64,000 nucleotides of DNA. It comes from Alkalispirochaeta sp. GTDB lineage: Bacteria > Spirochaetota > Spirochaetia > DSM-27196 > Alkalispirochaetaceae. Shown here in pieces: positions 59,611 to 64,000 of this stretch (the stretch's first letter is position 1; every line of letters starts with the position of its first letter). Location: assembly GCA_965242725.1 (NCBI GenBank), contig CBDESZ010000020.1, positions 1-64,000 of the forward strand, in the 5' to 3' direction. The notes beneath the pieces are model-generated. The model was not told where the DNA came from and ran no database searches. It saw only the letters and a list, made by a program, of their open reading frames with translations. Made by a program: the position numbers and the translations under genes.

Positions 59611-60888
59611 CTAAAAGAGCAGATTGGGTACCCACAGGACGAGCTGGGGGACCCATGTGATGAGTATGAGAACGGCAAAGAGTGCTACCGTGTATGGCCA
59701 GAGGGCGTATACCAGATCACCGAATTTCATTCCCGAAATCTTGGTCTGTACAAAAAGAAGCGCTCCGATCGGCGGCGTCAGGAGGCCGATCATCAGATTG
59801 AGAACGGTAATGACCCCGAAATGGGTGGGATCGATACCGAGATTTATCGCGATGGGCAACAGTACGGGGAAAAAGATCAGCATCACCGGGACCGCGTCGA
59901 GAATACACCCCATGAGGAGAAAGAAGATTGTCGTCAGCGCGAGAAAACCGTTCCTTCCCAGATTGAGATTGGTAATGAGGGTAAATACCTGCTCGCCGAG
60001 TTGTTCCGACGCTACAATGTACTGGTAGAGGCCCACTACGGCAAAAATGGCCATAATTGAAGCTGAAAAGACGGCAGTATTGCGAATGATCGGAAATATC
60101 TCCGTCACCTTGATCGATCGGTAGACGATGAGGCTGAGGACGAGAATGTAGACATTGGTCAGTGCCGCGACCTCCACCAGCGTGACAAAACCGAAGACAA
60201 CTCCGCTGATGACAAAAAGCGGCGCAAGTACCGCGAGGAACGTATCCCGCAGGAGCATGAGAAACTCGGAGAAATTGCGTTTCCCCTCGATGCGGGGATA
60301 GCCCTTCTTCTTCGCCTGAATCGTTGAAACGACCCATAAGAACGCGGCCATGAGGAGCCCCGGCACGAGGCCACCGAGGAAGAGTCGGCCGATGGAAATG
60401 CCGCTGATCACGCCGATGAATATCATCGGTACGCTCGGCGGAATGATCGGTCCGATCACGGCGGAACTGGTGTTTATCGCCGCTGCGTATCCGTCGTCAT
60501 ATCCCCGTTCACGCATAATCGGATGGAGCACCGAGGAGACTGAACTGGCATCCGCGACGGCGGATCCCGATACGCCGGCCATGATGACGCTCACCACGAT
60601 TGATACATACGCCAGTCCCGCACGAAACTGACCGACGAAGAAGTCGGCAAATCGCGTGAGCCGCCTCGTAATTCCCGTGGTGTTCATGAGATTGCCTGCG
60701 AGAATGAAAAGGGGAATTGCAACGAGTGTTGTCGAATCGATTCCGCCGACCATCTGGGAGGCGAGGACACGCAACGACACCTCTCCCTTGAGGAGAATGA
60801 AGACCATGCCGCTCACCCCCATAGCCAGCCAGATGCTGACGCCGAGACCGATGAGCGTGAAAAGCATTGCGAATAAGAGTAAGACCAA
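59611..60888 (-). CDS. dctM: TRAP transporter large permease
   Basis: AIPLFILAG, SGSAVAD, IIPPS, GLLTPP; AGGAG SD 8 nt before TTG 60888. Confidence 0.93.
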   Translation of the reverse strand: MVLLLFAMLFTLIGLGVSIWLAMGVSGMVFILLKGEVSLRVLASQMVGGIDSTTLVAIPLFILAGNLMNTTGITRRLTRFADFFVGQFRAGLAYVSIVVSVIMAGVSGSAVADASSVSSVLHPIMRERGYDDGYAAAINTSSAVIGPIIPPSVPMIFIGVISGISIGRLFLGGLVPGLLMAAFLWVVSTIQAKKKGYPRIEGKRNFSEFLMLLRDTFLAVLAPLFVISGVVFGFVTLVEVAALTNVYILVLSLIVYRSIKVTEIFPIIRNTAVFSASIMAIFAVVGLYQYIVASEQLGEQVFTLITNLNLGRNGFLALTTIFFLLMGCILDAVPVMLIFFPVLLPIAINLGIDPTHFGVITVLNLMIGLLTPPIGALLFVQTKISGMKFGDLVYALWPYTVALFAVLILITWVPQLVLWVPNLLF

Positions 60889-60906
60889 AATTGCCGCTCC
60901 TGGTAT

Positions 60907-60931
60907 GGTCGCCCGCACACGGCGGGCGACC
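60907..60931 (-). other. Intercistronic 10-bp GC hairpin after dctP (putative mRNA stabiliser or attenuator)
   Basis: GGTCGCCCGC-ACACG-GCGGGCGACC with no U-tract. Confidence 0.6.
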
Positions 60932-60945
60932 TCTCATGTGTTCAT

Positions 60946-61944
60946 TCAGTCAAGATTCCGGATCTGCTCAAGCATGCCGGCAGGCCACTTGTCGCCGTCC
61001 CAATCCTCAAATACACCTTCAAGTTCAGCTCGTATCGCCGGGAGGTTCAGTTCCGGTTCTTCAATGACCGTCATATTCTCCCGAAGCGTCTCGTACGCCT
61101 GTGCGAGCTGCTGTTCCGTGAGCATCGTAACCAGTTCTCCCGCCTCTTCCGCGGCGTTCCTGATCAGCTCCTGATCCGCTGCCGGGAGGCTGTCCCACAT
61201 TGCGGGGCTGGCGTAGAACGTCTCGATATCGCGAATGTAATCGGTACGCATATAGTAGTCCTGAACTTCGTAAAAGCTCATGTTTGCCACCGTGATGGCG
61301 CCGTTTTCCTGGGCATCGACGACGCCGGTGCTCAGGGCGACATAGAGTTCACCGAATGCGATCTGCTGGGGAACCGCCCCAAGGCGTTCCATAACGCGAA
61401 GAACAACTTCACTTGCTGCGGTACGAATCTTCAACCCCTCAAAATCTTCGGGTTCCCGGATTGCACGGTCTGCCGTCAGGCCGCGGGGAGCGGTGTCGCC
61501 GGCGATAGTGACGATGCGTACACCCGTGTTTTCCTCGGCTTCCGCGATGACCGGTGCGAAGAAATCGGATGTCAATGCGGAGCGCATGTGCTCATAGTCG
61601 CGATAGAGAAAGGGGATGGCCGTGATTTCAAACGCTTCGCCTCCGTCGATGAATGCAAGCGTGTTGATACCGCCGTAAACCATATCGAGATCTCCCGTCT
61701 GGAGTTGGGTGAACATTTCCTGGATATTACCCATTTGACTGTTTGGAAAAACCCGGACGGTTATTCGTCCGTCACTCGCCTCATTGACCAGCTCGGCAAA
61801 ACGAAGAGCCCCCAAATGAGTGGGATGGGCGGTATCCCGGATATGTCCCATGCGAATGGTCATTGTACCGTCTTCCGCCACTCCCGACGCAAAGACCACA
61901 GTTGCGACAGCGAAAAGCAATGCCGCTACGAATGTTCGTTTCAT
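60946..61944 (-). CDS. dctP: TRAP transporter substrate-binding protein
   Basis: Signal peptide; VFPNSQMG, GLKIRT, ELYVALSTGVVDAQEN; GGAGG SD. Confidence 0.93.
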   Translation of the reverse strand: MKRTFVAALLFAVATVVFASGVAEDGTMTIRMGHIRDTAHPTHLGALRFAELVNEASDGRITVRVFPNSQMGNIQEMFTQLQTGDLDMVYGGINTLAFIDGGEAFEITAIPFLYRDYEHMRSALTSDFFAPVIAEAEENTGVRIVTIAGDTAPRGLTADRAIREPEDFEGLKIRTAASEVVLRVMERLGAVPQQIAFGELYVALSTGVVDAQENGAITVANMSFYEVQDYYMRTDYIRDIETFYASPAMWDSLPAADQELIRNAAEEAGELVTMLTEQQLAQAYETLRENMTVIEEPELNLPAIRAELEGVFEDWDGDKWPAGMLEQIRNLD

Positions 61945-61993
61945 AAAAACCTCCTTGAAAAGATTGAAAAAACAAAACCGCCAATATTTTCTG

Positions 61994-62722
61994 TTACTGA
62001 TACACCTCCTTTGCCAGTTTGCCTTTGGTGGAACTCCAGCTGATGACGTCCTTGAAATGCTCCTGCAGACGCCGTTCCGCAAGTTCCACATCCTTCATTT
62101 CCAACGCATCAACGAGCTCCCTGTGGAGGCGTATAAACTCTTCAGTGTCCGAGGTGTGATACTCCCGCAGGTGCGTCATCGACCGCTGAAGGGTTGAAAA
62201 CATCTCAATGAGGTGAACCAGCAGGTGGTTGTTCAGAGGCCGGTAGAGGGTGCTGTGAAATCGGGTGTGTATCGAAATGAGTCTGTCTTCGTCTTCATCA
62301 TCGCCATCATCTGCGGCGACTTCCGCCATTTGGGAGAGCAGATGGCGGAGATCGGAAATATCCTCGTCGGTCAACAGGGGAATGACCCGGGCGATAAAGG
62401 TATGTTCCAGGGCCATACGGACGGCGATGACGTCGGCGAAGTTCTTGACGCTTATTTCCGTCCCGTAGGCTATGCTCGATACGAGCGCATCATAGTTGAA
62501 CCCGCGGACAAACCGTCCCACCCCGTGGCGCGTCTCGATCGCGCCTATCGCCTCAAGGGAGCGTAGTGCTTCCCGTATCGACGTGCGACTGATTCCCAAT
62601 GCATCGCCCAGGGCCTTCTCCGTGGGGATCATGTCGCCCTCTTTGAGACCCTGTGTCGCGATGTACATCCGGATCTGTGTTTGAGCGCTTTCGGTGAGAC
62701 CTGCAGATCTGAGATTTTTCAC
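61994..62722 (-). CDS. GntR/FadR family transcriptional regulator
   Basis: PTEKAL, ISRTSIREAL, HGVGRFV; FCD-type FH, N and H motifs. Confidence 0.93.
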   Translation of the reverse strand: MKNLRSAGLTESAQTQIRMYIATQGLKEGDMIPTEKALGDALGISRTSIREALRSLEAIGAIETRHGVGRFVRGFNYDALVSSIAYGTEISVKNFADVIAVRMALEHTFIARVIPLLTDEDISDLRHLLSQMAEVAADDGDDEDEDRLISIHTRFHSTLYRPLNNHLLVHLIEMFSTLQRSMTHLREYHTSDTEEFIRLHRELVDALEMKDVELAERRLQEHFKDVISWSSTKGKLAKEVYQ

Positions 62723-63987
62723 GAAACCACCTCCATCGATTTGTCCCGATATACGACGACACCGTCCCGTATTGCGTGGGTGACGTGCAGCTCCCGATCG
62801 CCTTCACGCCACTCAAATCGCACCAGGTCTCCGAACATTTCGGCTCCACCTTCGGTTTTCTCCGTTTGGGACGGATCGGAGGTGATGTATCCGGGCAGGC
62901 GGAAGTGGTCCATTGTGCGTAGGGTGCACGCCTCAACCGCCTGGGACAGGGATAGATCTGTATGCCGCACCGCCTGGGCGATATTGTGATTGAGGAGGTG
63001 GCCTGCTCCGGCAAGAAAGGGAGTACCGGCAAGGGAGACGTGTCCGTCGTGGTGCACCTCTACCTCCATATTGCCCCACCGTTTACGCCCCGGCGCGGTA
63101 CCTGCCAGGGGAGCGACATCACTGACGAGGATAATGCGGGATCGCTCCTTGCCGCGGACGATGCTCCGAAGCGCGTGGGGGGGAAGATGAAAACCGTCGG
63201 CGATAATTCCGGCGGTCAACCGGTCTTCCGCAAGCTGGGTCCATAGATAGTTGTTCAGACGCGGAAGGGATGCGTGGCTGCCGTTTCCCAGGTGGGTGGA
63301 CATGGACGCGCCGGCATCGACGGCGGCGAGAATCTCGTCATCCGTCGCGGCGGTATGACCGATGGATACAACGACCCCTTCCGACACCAGCCGTTCTATG
63401 AGTTTAATCGAGCCGGGTCGTTCCGGCGCGAGGGTAACCATCGCGAGGTCACCCCCTGCGGCGGCGAGCCATTCAGATACTTCCGCCCAATCGGGATTGC
63501 GCACATATCGCGGATCGTGGGCTCCCCGGGGTCCGTCTTCCGAAGAAATGTAGGGCCCCTCCACATGCAATCCGGCGAGAGCCGCCCGTCGCTGTGGCAG
63601 GGAGTCGGCAATCCCGTGAAGAATCTCGAGGTTGCGACATATCCGTTCCTGGCTGTTGGTAATCACCGTGGGTACGTGCCGTGTCGTTCCGGTGACGGCG
63701 AGTGCGTTGATCACACGGTCGACATCGTCCTCGCACAGATCGGGTCCGCTGTAATCAACGCCGTTGTAGCCGTTGACCTGAATATCCACAAAACCGGGGG
63801 CCCACCATGTGTGGTCCCGTCCCTGCCGGTACGTATCCGACGCCGATAGCGCCTGACCGGCAACAACGGCGGAAGATGCCACGATACTGGTGTCATCGGA
63901 GTATACATAGACGAATACGTCGCCCCCGTCCGCTATCCATCGACCTGAAACGGCCGAATTTTCGGCATGTAGGTCATCTGTTGTCAT
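62719..63987 (-). CDS. nagA: N-acetylglucosamine-6-phosphate deacetylase family protein
   Basis: PGFVDIQVNG, HVEGPYIS, TLAPE, GHT, THLGNG, IADGFH, SD. Confidence 0.9.
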   Translation of the reverse strand: MTTDDLHAENSAVSGRWIADGGDVFVYVYSDDTSIVASSAVVAGQALSASDTYRQGRDHTWWAPGFVDIQVNGYNGVDYSGPDLCEDDVDRVINALAVTGTTRHVPTVITNSQERICRNLEILHGIADSLPQRRAALAGLHVEGPYISSEDGPRGAHDPRYVRNPDWAEVSEWLAAAGGDLAMVTLAPERPGSIKLIERLVSEGVVVSIGHTAATDDEILAAVDAGASMSTHLGNGSHASLPRLNNYLWTQLAEDRLTAGIIADGFHLPPHALRSIVRGKERSRIILVSDVAPLAGTAPGRKRWGNMEVEVHHDGHVSLAGTPFLAGAGHLLNHNIAQAVRHTDLSLSQAVEACTLRTMDHFRLPGYITSDPSQTEKTEGGAEMFGDLVRFEWREGDRELHVTHAIRDGVVVYRDKSMEVVS

Positions 63988-64000
63988 ACAACATACATGT

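Noticed and set aside
1..64000. tRNA, rRNA, CRISPR, prophage or defence systems
   Set aside because: None recognised by eye; a covariance-model or HMM scan was not possible.

Overview
This 64-kb window is chromosomal DNA from a free-living spirochaete (Spirochaetia, probably Spirochaeta/Alkalispirochaeta-like; inferred from a P83/100-family gene, an extended thymidine kinase, a cNMP-TPR/Crp pair and other spirochaete-type genes). From 1 to about 7.8 kb, recognisable housekeeping genes (ABC ATPase, RlmK-like and RlmD methyltransferases, Rex, Hsp33, NUDIX, SDR) are all broken by indels, which looks like assembly error. At 8.7-14.2 kb is an imuA-imuB-dnaE2 mutagenesis cassette with a palindromic operator candidate and no lexA in the window. 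At 14.17-15.44 kb, between the stop codons of dnaE2 and mutM, is an IS-like element. It has 16-bp terminal inverted repeats, a probable TA duplication, an IS1-like transposase with an atypical third catalytic motif, and a C-rich to G-rich skew flip in mid-gene. The 16-38 kb stretch holds core envelope, transport and regulatory genes, including an HTH-less ParB-like protein behind PBP1A and a candidate sRNA with an anti-SD loop. At 38.8-52.7 kb is a 15-gene operon: an Mrp/complex-I-like MBX-type complex, a NuoI-GltD fusion, NfnAB and an ArsR regulator. Its catalytic subunit lacks the hydrogenase, quinone-binding and MBS active-site residues. At 57.4-64 kb is an amino-sugar TRAP/NagA/SIS/NagB-like operon. 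Many genes appear leaderless. No rRNA, tRNA or CRISPR array was seen.
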